NCBI RefSeq assembly: GCF_001194135.2
Contig: NC_068983.1
Location: 58,859,176 to 58,910,022, forward strand
Length of the DNA stretch: 50,847 nt
Direction of reading: 5' to 3'
DNA from: Octopus bimaculoides
Taxonomy: Eukaryota
Of the stretch, positions 12,079 to 24,364 are shown piece by piece (the first letter of the stretch is position 1; each line of letters opens with the position of its first letter). The position numbers and the translations under genes were made by a program. Below the pieces are notes generated by a model. The model did not search any database and was not told the origin of the DNA. It saw only the letters and a program-made list of their open reading frames with translations.

Positions 12079-12111
12079 ATCAGAAAGCTCCTTCATAAGT
12101 TTTCTAGACAA
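12079..12111 (+). CDS. Candidate 33-nt exon ([11 protein letters not shown] in phase 0)
   Basis: Acceptor tttttttcattgcag and donor gtatgt flank an in-frame 33-nt open segment. No homology was recognised. Confidence 0.25.
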
Positions 12112-13039
12112 GTATGTGGGCCAATGCTTGTATGAAAATATTTTTTCGTCCTCCCTTCAATTATTTATTTATCTCCGGCAGAAATCATATTTCAACTTGT
12201 TTTTCTTGTTGAATATCAAATTATTTCAAAATAAATATTACCTTGAATTTTCATTCTCTTTTATCACTTTCATCAATTTGCTTCTAATACAACTGATTAA
12301 CACTTGCAGTTTGCTAATGAACAGCACCAACTCTATCTCAATTTATTCAGCTCATTAATTTGACATTAACTTAATAACAGGCCTTCTGTATTTGATTCGA
12401 TTATCTCATAAATTTACTGTAATCTACTCATAGAATCTTAAGATTAAAACTATGTATACCATTTATAAGAAGATAAATTAGTTATATAGAAGAAAGCAGG
12501 CACCACAGACAACCTTGGCTCAACTGACAGCTCACTGTAACAAAGTCAGTTAAGGTTGAGGTTATCACAAAGGTCAGAGGTTATGGCGATAAAGCAGAAC
12601 ACAAAGAGTTGATGTTTACACTAGAGTCTTTTGTGATATCAACGTAACTTGTTGTTGTTATTATTGTTTAGTTCCAGGTCAATGCTGAACAAACAGATCT
12701 CTGATCAAACACAATCTAAATGTAACCATCTTGTCTTTTGCTGGGTATCAATATCTCATATGTCTTTCCTTTCATTTTAAGACAGTTGGGTTTGTTTTGA
12801 AGGAGATTTGGTTGCTACATCTTGCACTCTGAACAACCATACAGAGACTGTCTCATTGGCTTTGCTATTTATGGCTATGTGGTTAAGAAATTTGTTTCCA
12901 ATTATGTGGTTTGAGGTTCAGTAACACTACATGACAGACTTGGAAAATGTCTACAATAGTCTCTGGCTAACCAAAGCCTTGTGAATGGATTTGGTAGATG
13001 GAAACTGAAAGAAGCCCATTGTATGTGTATGTTTATATC

Positions 13040-13435
13040 CCCAGATGTGTGTGTGGGCATGGAGGATCTCCTCAGTAAAATCAGTTCTTGCAACCACTAC
13101 AATGACCTCCCAGGTTGTGTAGTGGGTAGTATGGATGTAATTCCACTCTACCAATCTATAGACATAGATTTTGCTGTAGAGAAAAACATTGAGATGATCT
13201 GTGAGAGTAAAGCAGATTTCCTTGAAATGAACACGAGGGAACTGTGCCTCCTCCTTAGACTAAGCTATAACAGTGACTACTTAGACGAACATGACCTCAG
13301 TAGATTCTGCCCCACCAGGTCGCAGAGGGGAAGACCACCCACCATCACCTCAGCAGTGAAGAGAAGCACCACAGAGTACTGGAATGGCTGGACCGTACCC
13401 ACCCAAGACCTGAGAACAACAATCAGGTGAAAGGA
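13040..13435 (+). mobile_element. Penelope-like element RT fragment (Naiad-like type, by recall)
   Basis: VVGSMDVIPLYQSIDIDFAVEK...RELCLLLRL...FCPTRSQRGRPPTITS matches the PLE RT pattern S.DV.ALYPS.D...EL.LYL.L...CP.R..RGRPPTIT. Confidence 0.75.
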
Positions 13436-13669
13436 ATGATTGAACATACAAAAAGGGCTAGCATAAGAACCACCTAGAAGAATCATAGAATAAGTACTAG
13501 GCTTCCAAAGAATAAGTCCTGCTCGACTAAAGGCAGTGCTCCAGCATGGCCGCAGTCAAATGACTGAAACAAGTAAAAGAGTAAGAGCATGTAAATGAGT
13601 GGAAACTTTACCGATGAGTGTGTTAAATAATAAGGCACTAAAACAGAATGACTCTCTCCAGACACAACA

Positions 13670-13743
<74 letters not shown>

Positions 13744-13805
13744 CACTTTTCTATCTTCATTTGTGTTGTTTACATAGAGGTATTCATATATGAAATGCAT
13801 TTATG

Positions 13806-13871
13806 TAAGCTATGTCAGTGACTATTTAGATGACCATGACCTTAGTAGATTCTGCCCCACCAGGTCACAGA
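13806..13871 (+). repeat. 66-bp second copy of PLE RT segment 13261-13326
   Basis: taagctat..cagtgacta.ttaga.ga.catgacct.agtagattctgccccaccaggtc.caga is shared, with 7 differences. Confidence 0.9.
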
Positions 13872-15729
13872 TGTATGTATGTATGTGTATGCCTGTATGT
13901 GCGTGTGTGTGTGTGTGTGCACGCATGCATATATATATATGTGTGTGTACGCTTGTATATATTCTTTATATTCGTGTGTGTGTGTGTACCTCTCTCTCCT
14001 TGTGTGTGCATGTCTAAATTCTATAGAAAGTCTATTGAGATAAATTTAAAAATTAATATGAAATACATACAGCAAGACTATGAAAATATTGAGTAAATAA
14101 TAATCGTTTTTATCATAAGCACATCCTCATCATTTAACGTCACCATCATTTAACATCCACTTTCCATGCTGGCATTGGTTGGATGGTTTGGCTCAGGACT
14201 AGTAAGCTGGAAGGCTGCACCAGGCTCCAGTCTGATCTGGCAAGGTTTCTATTGCTGGATGCCCTTCCTAATGCCAACCACTCTGAGAGTGTAGCAGGAG
14301 CTTTTTACATTTTAATGGTACAGGAGTCAGTCAGGCAGCAATGGCATCAGCCATGTTCACATGGTGTTTTTTACATGCCGCAGGCATGGGTGCCAGTCAG
14401 GTGGCACTGGCATCGACCATGCTCAAATGGTGTTTTTTACATGCCACTGGCACAGGTGCCTGTCTGGCGGCACTGGCATCAAGAGAAATGTAGGGGAGGG
14501 TAACACTTAATTATGTCAACTCTAGCACTTGATTGGTACTTTACTTTACTGACCCTAGAAATGTGAGAGACTAAACTGACTGTGACAGGATTTGAACTCA
14601 GGCAGTGAAGATCAGAAAGAAATACCATGAAGCAATTTTCTGATGCTCTAACAATTCTGCCGATGGCAGTGGTAAGAGACTCTTGAGAACTGAACAGCAG
14701 AAAGTCTCCAGCGAAGAGCCCCTACTCCACCTCAGGCAAATGTTTCAGCCCTTGACCAGGCTGCATCCTCATCATGACTCCTAGGTGTCCTTCTGCTGAC
14801 CCTTTTTAGCCACTTGGATATCAGAGATTTGTGCATTTAAGCTGACTCAGCATTCAAACTTAAACTTTAAAAAAAAGAAATAACATTGGTTGTCATGGTA
14901 GCAATGACACATCAATGCTATCATGATGACTCACTCAGAGTCACTTCCCTTAGAATTAAAATACCAAAGTATTGCCTTCAAATAGTATGGAGGTTGTTTT
15001 GGTTCCTCTTTAACCAGATCCAAATAATGGTTTTAAATGTTTGCTCAGCATGCTAAGGATTCTGCCAGCTTGTCACTTCATAGGGATGAGCTAGCAGAAT
15101 CTATAATAATGGCTTCAAATTTTTGTGGAGAGAGGGCATTAGTTAATACCATCAATCCCAGTACTTGAGTGATATGTTCTATTGACCCCATGGGGATAAA
15201 AGGCAAATCTACCTTGACTATATTTGAACTCAGAATGTAAAGGGAAGGAAGAAATGCTGTTAAGCACTTTGTCTAATGTGAAAACCACTTCCCTCCAGTG
15301 GAATATAATTATGGAAAACTCATGCAAGTAGCAACAAAACATGAACTAATCAAAAGCACTATTTTTTAATCTTCAAGGGAAAGGGGAAAAAATATCCAAC
15401 AGGGACTAAAGTAAAGAATAGATCTGATGAAAATGGAAAGGAAAAAAACAGAAACCCATAATAAATAAACAAATAAATAATGGAATTACATAATGGCTCG
15501 ATAAGATCCTGGCAATGAAGAGAAAAAATATTCTTCGTAAGACTGAGCAAAAATGAAAACCAATAGAAAAGTAAAAACACAACAACTGGTTGATAACACA
15601 ACAAAAAGAACCAACGTTTACCAGAATATATAACGAAACAGGATATAAAAAGTAACAACAGAATATGTGGAGGTTGGGCAAGAATAATCAATTACTTATG
15701 GAGGGGTATGTCATGTTTTATTCTTTTAT

Positions 15730-15924
15730 TTGTATTAGTCATTTTGACTGCAGCCATGCTGGAGCACCACCTTTAGTTGAACAGATATCGACCCCAGGAC
15801 TTATTCTTTGTAAGCCTAGTACTTATTCTATTGGCTCTCTTTTATTGAACTGCGAAGTTACAAGGATGTAAACACACCAGCATCGGTTGTCAAGTGATGG
15901 TAGTGGTACAAACACAGATACACG

Positions 15925-15925
<1 letters not shown>
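15730..15925. mobile_element. SINE-like repeat, family C
   Basis: ttgactgcagccatgctggagcaccacc...gacttattctttgtaagcctagtacttattctat...acaccagcatcggttgtcaag. Other copies at about 8500-8690, 11330-11530, 13480-13590, 20500-20680, 23490-23620, 27860-28040, 36310-36500, 42510-42700 and 48265-48450. Confidence 0.8.
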
Positions 15926-15970
<45 letters not shown>

Positions 15971-16307
15971 TACATATATATGACAGGCTTCTTTCAGTTT
16001 CCATCTACCAAATCCACTCACAAGGCTTTTGTTGGCCCGAGGCTATAGTAGAAGACAAGTGTATGCATGTCTGTGGAGTACTCAGCCACTTACATATTAA
16101 TAAATGAGCAGGCTGTTCCATTGATCAGATCAACTGGATGACTTGTCATCATAAACCGATGGAGTGCCAATTTTTTAAAGTTTAACCAGGTTCCAATGTG
16201 GTATTTCTAGGTTTCAGGGTTTCAGTTAACTATCTTTTTCTCATGGACATTTTCATAAATATGTAGAGGCACATATAATATTCACAAGCACATACACATG
16301 ATCACTT

Positions 16308-16511
16308 TTTACAATTGACGGATATTTGTCCACATCTTGTTTGTTGTTAACACAACGTTTCAGCTGATATACCCCCCAGCCGTCATCAGGTGTCTTGGGG
16401 AAATTTCGAACCTGGGTTCCCCAAGACACCTGATAAAGGCTGGAGGGTATATCAGCCAAAATGTTGTGTTAACAACAAACAAGATAAGGACAAATATCCG
16501 TCAAATGTAAA
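16308..16511. repeat. Near-perfect palindrome (~94-bp arms, 16-nt loop), each arm carrying a hammerhead-like motif
   Basis: ttgacggatatttgtcc...catcaggtgtcttgggga [aatttcgaacctgggt] tccccaagacacctgat...ggacaaatatccgtcaa. Confidence 0.9.
16349..16396 (-). ncRNA. Minimal type-I hammerhead ribozyme motif (one stem II wobble)
   Basis: Minus strand reads GACAC-CTGATGA-C-GGCTG-(10 nt)-CAGCT-GAA-ACGT-T-GTGTT. Confidence 0.65.
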
Positions 16512-18019
16512 TAATGGACATAATTCCTCATCTCTTAAATATAGAACTACATGCACATGGTATTGAATGGCTTTTCATTCACCTGAGCTCATATGCTCTT
16601 GAAGCAATTACCTGACATATTTAACAGGTGGACATAGATGATGTGAGAGATGAGGAATGAAATGTTGGAAAATTTTCAAGGGAATCAGCAGTTTGAATAT
16701 GATACTTGTGCTGCTGGTTTTATGGAGAGGGAAGGTTGTGTCATCTGATGGGATAATGTTACAAGATAAGCAGGTAATAAAAGATAGAGAGGACAGCGGA
16801 TACAGACATTTAGATGGAAATGGAAGAGATGAAGGAAAATGAAATGAAGGGGAGATTTGAAAAACACTATTTTTAGATAGTTGAAGAGGGTTTTAGAAAG
16901 CAAACTGGATTTTAAAAAAGAGATTTTTGTAATAAAAACGTAGGCTGAGATTTAACAAATGGAGCAGAGGTTGAAAACGATGGAGGCTAAATCATAAAAG
17001 TAACAACTAAGATCGGTGCTTAAAAAGAGGAAGCCATAGAATTTCTTTTCAGAAACAGGAGTTAAAGAGGCTTGATAAGCTACAAAACTGTATAGGAAAT
17101 GAAGAAAATAGTCTTGGTTGGTGCATAAAGTACTAGCAATTTGCTGTGCCTGAGAAGACACATCAAGATAAGTAAAACCATAGCCATCCATACATGCAGG
17201 CCTGTCCTTTATGGCCATGACCCCCACCCACCTACCCAATCACCGCCACCACCACGACACCTTCTCTCAGCCAGGAAGTTCTCATTTTGCAAGTTTATGG
17301 GTCCTGGTTCCATGTAAAAAGCACTTGTTTCGGTGTCACATAAAATGCACCCATGCCACTTTCACATGTAGAGCGACCATGCCAGCACCACATACGAAGC
17401 CCCTGTGCTGGTGCCACATAATAGCACTGGTGTTGGTGCCACATAAAAAGCAGCCATTACATTCTGTAAAGTGGTCGGCATTGCGAAGGGCATCTAGCTA
17501 TAGAAACCATGCCAAAACAGACTAATGAAGCCCTGGTGCAACCCTCAGGCTTGCCAGATCCTGTCAAATTATCCAACCCATACCAGCATGGAAGGCAAAC
17601 ATTAAATGAGAATGAAGATGATGATGATGGCTGTAGATTTTGGCAAAGACGCAAAGTAAGTCATAATGACTCTTGATATCTGTCATGCATTTGAAATCTA
17701 ATCAAATGGATTACAACATTATTTTCATGTTTTGGTCATCAACCAGATATACCATATATATACATATGACACTAATAGAAAAAAACAGTTTTCCCTGGGG
17801 CAAAGGGCAACACATTTGTAACAGAAGATGTATTAATTGAAATGAGCACCATCCAAGCCTAACGATTAATTTAGCATTTAAGGGTTGAAAGACAAAGCCA
17901 ACCCCCAATGGGATTCTAACATAAAAGGACAAAATTAAATACTGCTAAAAAAATGTATTTAGTTTGGCGCTCTACCAATTAAGGCATTGCATAATAATGG
18001 ATGGCCAGGTTATTACGAA

Positions 18020-18420
18020 TAGAATGTTGGCAATGATGATGATGATGATGATGATGATGACTTCAATAATAATGGCAATTGTGATGTTGATGGTGGTGGT
18101 GCTGACAAGGTCATAAATGATGAGTGATAATGATGATGATGGTGGTGATGAAGATGATGATGTCGATGAGTGATGATGATGATGATGAGGACCATGACGA
18201 TGATGATGTTGATGATGATGATGATGATGATGATGGTAGTGATGATGATGATAAAAGGGATGATGATGATAAAAGGGATGATGATGATTATGATGATGAT
18301 GATGATGATGATGACAGTGATGATGATGATGATGGTAGTAATGATGATGATGATGGTAGTGAGGATGATGATGACAAGGATGATGATGAGGAGGAGGAAG
18401 AGAGCAATAACAACAATGAT
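18020..18420. repeat. ~400-bp degenerate (GAT)n microsatellite
   Basis: Read directly from the sequence; it explains the Asp- and Met-rich ORFs 18124-18529. Confidence 0.95.
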
Positions 18421-18548
18421 GAGGAAATATTCTTTTTTAAAGCTTGCTATAAAGACCGATGAAACAATCAGGTTTTCACCTAATCTGGGATTTAAGTTTC
18501 CAATTTCTTCTTTCCGTATTGAACTGTAGATTAGTCTAGAATTTCATC

Positions 18549-20376
18549 CAGTGGTTCTCGACCATTATTTACATATAGATCCCTTTGATTCCAACAAGAG
18601 TACCAACCCCTTGAGGGTGGGACCCTCATAGCCACTCGATATCTAAAAGCTCTTGTTATATTTTTATGATTAAATATTATTAGTTTCTAATTTTGGCACA
18701 AGGTCAGCTATTTCAGGGTATAGGGGTAAGTTGGTTACATCAACCCCAGTACTCGACTGGTACTTATTTTATGGATCCTGAAAGGATTAAAGGCAACATC
18801 AACCTTAGCAGAATTTAAACTCAGAACACGAAGACAAATGAAATACCACCAAACATTTTGTCCGACATGCCAACTGTTCTGCCAGCTGCCTTCTAATTGT
18901 TATTGATAATTGTGACAAGTGACCGAGACCATTGGCGATGTGCTATGCTTGAGAAGATGCATCAAGCCAAGAGAAATCATAGTCATTGCCATTGCTGGTG
19001 CTATGTAAATGGCACCCATGCCAGCAGCATGTAAAATGGCACTCATTACACTCTTGGAGTGGTTGATGCTAGGAAAGATATCCAGCCATAGAAACCATAT
19101 CAAATCAGACTGGAATCTGGTCCAGCTCTCCAGCCTACCAGTTCCAGTCAAACTGTCTAACCCATGCCAGCATAGAAAGCAGACGTTAAATGATGATGAT
19201 GATGAGGAATTTTATTAAAAAATTGTTTGAATATTTTGTGTATTGTAGAAGTATAAGCAGTTTATTGCAAATACATTTTAACAACAAAATTTTTTATGCA
19301 CCCCCAAGGGCCATTTAAACTCCCAAGAGCTATATAGATCCCCCCACCAAGAGCTATATGGACTTCCAAGAGCCATATGGACACCCAATAGCCATATGGA
19401 ACCCACCATCAAGAGTTATATTGACTCCCAAGAGCCATATGGACTCCCAAGAGACATATGGACTCCCAAGAGTCATATGGACCCCCAAAACCCATATGGA
19501 TCCCAAGAGCCATATAGAACCCCAAGAACCATACAGACCCCCAAGAGTCATATNNNNNNNNNNNNNNNNNAGAGCCACATGGACTTCTAACAGCCATGTA
19601 GACCTCCAAGAGCCATATGGATTCCCAATAGCGATATAGACCCCACCAAGGAGCCATCTAGACACCCCAAGAGCCATAGGGACTCTCAATAGCCATAGGG
19701 ACTTTCAATAGTCATATGGACTCCCAAGAGCTATATGGACTCACAAGAGCCATATAGACCCCCAAGAGCCATATGGACTCCCAAGAGCCATATAGACCGC
19801 CAAGAGCCATATGGTCTCCCAATAGCCATATGGACTTCCAAAAGCCATATGGACTCCCAAGAGCCATATGGACTCCCAAGAGCCATATGAACTCTCAAGA
19901 GCCATATAGACCTCTATGAGCTATATGGACTTCCAATAGGCATATGGACTCCCAAGAGCCATATGGACTCCCAAGAGCCATATGAACTCTCAAGAGTCAT
20001 ATAGACCTCCAATAGCCATATGGACTCCCAAAAGTCATATGGACTCCCAAGAGCCATATGGACTCCCAAGAGCCATATAGACCTCCAAGAGCCATATGGA
20101 CTCCCATGAGGCATATGGACTCTCAAGAGCCATATAGACCTCTAAGAGCCATATGGACTCCCAATAGGCATATGGACTCCCAAGAGCCATATGGACTCCC
20201 AAGAGCCATATAGACCTCCAAGAGCCATATGGACTCCCAAGAGCCATATGGACTCCCAAGAGCCATATAGACCTCCAAGAGCCATATGGACTCCCAATAG
20301 CCATATAGTTTCCCAAGAGCCATATGGGCTCCCTAGAACCATATAGACCCGCAAGAGCCTTGGTTAAGATTTGCTG
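18549..20376. mobile_element. hAT-type MITE interrupted by two SINEs and an expanded minisatellite
   Basis: Left end CAGTGGTTCTCGACC and a degenerate right end GGTTAAGATTTGCTG resemble the termini of the MITE at 31023-31197. No clear 8-bp TSD. Confidence 0.45.
19320..20360. repeat. 19-bp minisatellite (consensus GAGCCATATGGACTCCCAA), roughly 50 copies
   Basis: Direct tandem units with a recurring variant GAGCCATATAGACCTCCAA; more degenerate on the left; contains a small N gap. Confidence 0.95.
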
Positions 20377-21270
20377 ACTTTGGTAAATTGTTTTGATTGA
20401 TTTCAAAGTTTTCAACTTTGTTCATGGAATCAAAAACTGTATAAATCTGAGAATCATTCCTCTATTACAATGTATAAGGATTATCTTTTTACTTCTTTCA
20501 GTCATTAGACTGTGGCCATGCTTAGGCATTGCTTTGAAGAATTTATAGTCAACTCCAATACATTTTTTTAAGCCTGGTACTTATTCTATCAGTCTCTTTT
20601 GCCACACCACTTAGTTACAGGGGTGTAATCATACCAACACTGGTTGTCATGCAGTGATGAGAGACAAACACAGACACACAGACATATATGAAAGGTTTCT
20701 TTCAGTTTCTGTCTACCAAGGCTTTGGTTGGCCTGGGGTTATAGCAGAAGACTCTTGCTCTAAGGCGGTGAGCTAGCAGAAACGTTAGCATGCCAAGTGA
20801 AATTCTTAGCGGTATTTCATCTGTCTTTACGTTCTGAGTTCAAATTCAGCCAAGGTCAACTTTGCCTTTCATCCTTTCAGGATCGATAAATTAAGTACCA
20901 GTTATGCACTGGGGTCGATGTAATCGACTCAATCCCTTTGTCTGTCTTCGTTTGTCCCCTCTGTTTAGCCCCTTGTGGGCAATAAAGAAATAAGAAACGT
21001 TAGCACACCGGGCGAAATGCTTAGTGGTATTTCATCTGTCTTTACATTCTGAGTTCAAATTCCGCTGAGGTCAACTTTGTCTTTCATCCTTTCGGGGTTG
21101 ATAAATTAAGTACCAGTTGCATACTGGGGTCGATGTCATTGACTGGCCTCTACCCCAAAAATTTCGGGCATTGTGCCTAGAGTAGAAAACAAGACACTTG
21201 CTCTACAAGATGTTTACACTTTGAAATTAAATAATTTAAGTGAAATAAATGTAAAATATGCGTGGGTACA

Positions 21271-21307
<37 letters not shown>

Positions 21308-21749
21308 CTATGTGTATGTGAGTACAACTCCCTAATTTTTAAATCAGCCATGACAAAAAAAAATTCATCTTTTATTATTTAAATGATTAGACAACAAGGG
21401 TTTATTTCATTTTATGTTTTACTATTTTGCCTTATGGAATTGATCAAAAATAAATAAATAGATGACAACAATAATGATTTTTTTTTTATATAACAACAAC
21501 AAGTAATAAATAAAGACAAAAATGTAAATGTATAAAAGATAAAAAAAGCTAATTTAAAAAAAGAAAGATTAATCCTTTGACTAAAATCAATAAACACAAT
21601 CAGATTTATTTTATGTTATTTTATCATTATTATTATTATCATTATTATTATTATTATGATGATGATGATGATGATGATTATCATCATCATCATTTTATTA
21701 TTTTGTTTGTGGCATTACAAAGAAGACAGTTCTAATATATTGTTTTCAG

Positions 21750-21953
21750 ATATTGAAATAAGCTGACCACACCTATTTCGATGTTAGATGATGATGGGCT
21801 GATGAGGGGTAGGTGGGGATGGCAGAATAGTATTCTTGTATTATTTTTCTTTCGTTTATATTTTGTTTTTAGTTTTAGTATTTTTTTGTTTTGTTCCCCT
21901 CCACCCCCACCCCTTGAAGCTCTCGCCCTAAATAATGGATGGATGGTAATAAA
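21750..21953 (+). other. Candidate terminal or non-coding exon with poly(A) signal
   Basis: Branch-like TTCTAAT plus ttgttttcag acceptor, stops in all three frames within 17 nt, U-rich and C-rich UTR-like sequence, and AATAAA at 21948-21953. Confidence 0.3.
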
Positions 21954-24270
21954 AGATTAGAGAAAAGAATCATTCAAATACACACACACACAACACACAC
22001 ATATACATACATACTATATACACACATATACACACACTCATACACTGATCTACACGTAGATATAAAAGTACTTAGCAAGGCAACGTAATCATTAATCCTT
22101 CTTAAATATTGATTTTATATATTTTTTGTCAGTCAAAATCATGTTTTGGTGCGTTTGTTTTTTGTTCCTTCCCCACCACCACATCTCCACCCTCTGTCAC
22201 GCCCCCCACCCCACACACACACCACACCACTCAGATCAATGTCCGAAAGTAAAACCCGAAGTAATACAATACACTGCTGCCACCAATTTGTTCTTTTTTA
22301 CTAATGATTTTTCTGCTGTCTCAGCCCTTTACAACACACCAATGCCATCACCACCACCACCACCACCACCACCACCACCATTCTGTTACTGCATTCATTT
22401 CTTTCATATTTTCTATCATTTTCTCTTATTAGTATATATATTTCGTTTAAACTTGTTAATATGTTTGATACACACACATATAAGTATATAAATNNNNNNN
22501 NNNNNNNNNNNNNNNNNNNNNNNNNNNNNNNNNNNNNNNNNNNNNNNNNNNNNNNNNNNNNNNNNNNNNNNNNNNNNNNNNNNNNNNNNNNNNNNNNNNN
22601 NNNNNNNNNNNNNNNNNNNNNNNNNNNNNNNNNNNNNNNNNNNNNNNNNNNNNNNNNNNNNNNNNNNNNNNNNNNNNATATATATATATATATATATATA
22701 CACATATGCATATAAATGATGTGTTACAAAATGTAAAAACCTGTTGAGGCAAGCAAAAGCGAAATCGTGATGGCACCTGTGCCCAGCGTCGCCTTCCTGG
22801 CACTTTTAAGACATTCGAGCGAGATCGTTGCCAGTGCCGCTGGACTGGCTCCTCTGCAGGTGGCATGTAAAATATACCATTTTGAGCGTGGCCGTTGCCA
22901 GTACCGCCTGAATGGCCTTCGTGCCGGTGACATGTAAAAGCACCCNNNNNNNNNNNNNNNNNNNNNNNNNNNNNNNNNNNNNNNNNNNNNNNNNNNNNNN
23001 NNNNNNNNNNNNNNNNNNNNNNNNNNNNNNNNNNNNNNNNNNNNNNNNNNNNNNNNNNNNNNNNNNNNNNNNNNNNNNNNNNNNNNNNNNNNNNNNNNNN
23101 NNNNNNNNNNNNNNNNNNNNNNNNNNNNNNNNNNNNNNNNNNNNNNNNNNNNNNNNNNNNNNNNNNNNNNNNNNNNNNNNNNNNNNNNNNNNNNNNNNNN
23201 NNNNNNNNNNNNNNNNNNNNNNNNNNNNNNNNNNNNNNNNNNNNNNNNNNNNNNNNNNNNNNNNNNNNNNNNNNNNNNNNNNNNNNNNNNNNNNNNNNNN
23301 NNNNNNNNNNNNNNNNNNNNNNNNNNNNNNNNNNNNNNNNNNNNNNNNNNNNNNNNNNNNNNNNNNNNNNNNNNNNNNNNNNNNNNNNNNNNNNNNNNNN
23401 NNNNNNNNNNNNNNNNNNNNNNNNNNNNNNNNNNNNNNNNNNNNNNNNNNNNNNNNNNNNNNNNNNNNNNNNNNNNNNNNNNNNNNNNGCAAATCGACCC
23501 CATGACTTATTCTTTGTAAGCCTGGTACTTATTCTATCGATCTGTTTTGCTGAACCGTTAAGTTACGGGGACGTAAACACACCAGCATCGGTTGTCAAGC
23601 GATGTTGGAGGGACAAACACAGACACATAAACACACACACACACACATACATACATATATATATACATATACATATATACGACGGGCTTCTTTCAGTTTC
23701 CGTCTACCAAATCCACTCACAAGGCTTTGGTCGGCCCGAGGCTATAGTAGAAGACACTTGCCCAAGGTGCTACGCAGTGGGACTGAACCCGGAACCATGT
23801 GGTTGGTAAGCAAGCTACTTACCACACAGCCACTCCTACGCCTATGTATAACTGTATAACTGTATATGTATAACTGTATAATAACATATAATAATAATAT
23901 CTTATTCTCTGATTTGAATCGACAATTTATAGATACAAACAAATGACTGAAAAATGATGAGCTAACCTCAGCCAGAATCAAACTCACAAATCAACACTAG
24001 CATGTCTCCTTGCGCATCCAACTGGCCAAATGCTCACCCGTCAATTTCAACCAAATTTAGTTAATATGTACTTGAACTAATAGTACGTATGATATTTGCA
24101 AACAAATGTCGAAGGCTTTGTAAGTTATGGAAAGAAAGCTACTATGGAAGGCTCATAGTGTAATAATAACTGTATAATAATATATCATTATAATATTTTA
24201 TTCTCCTTAGAAAGCCTTTCATGTTTGCTTACAAATATTATTTGTATGCATCTATCTATCAATTTATCAG

Positions 24271-24364
24271 GTTCAGCTGATGAGCTTAAGTATCTTTTAG
24301 ATACACAAAGCAAAATCTATAGATCCTGGAATATACACGCCCTTACTTATGTATTCCACGCAAG
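24271..24364 (+). CDS. Candidate 94-nt exon (GSADELKYLLDTQSKIYRSWNIHALTYVFHA)
   Basis: Acceptor atttatcag, strong donor AAG|gtaagc, an open frame across the exon, non-repetitive sequence. No family was recognised. Confidence 0.3.

Noticed and set aside
14715-14790. Hammerhead-like motif on the minus strand (TGAGGATGCAGCC...GGCTGAAAC)
   Set aside because: A stem II-like hairpin exists, but the core spacing is wrong and no stem I forms.
18124-18529. Asp-rich or Met-rich ORFs resembling acidic biomineralisation proteins (also 43928-44260)
   Set aside because: They are translations of (GAT)n microsatellites or SINE tails, with no signal peptide or splice support.
19320-20360. Regular array as a possible CRISPR or repetitive protein
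   Set aside because: The units are contiguous with no unique spacers, there are no cas genes, and the 19-bp period shifts frame every unit.
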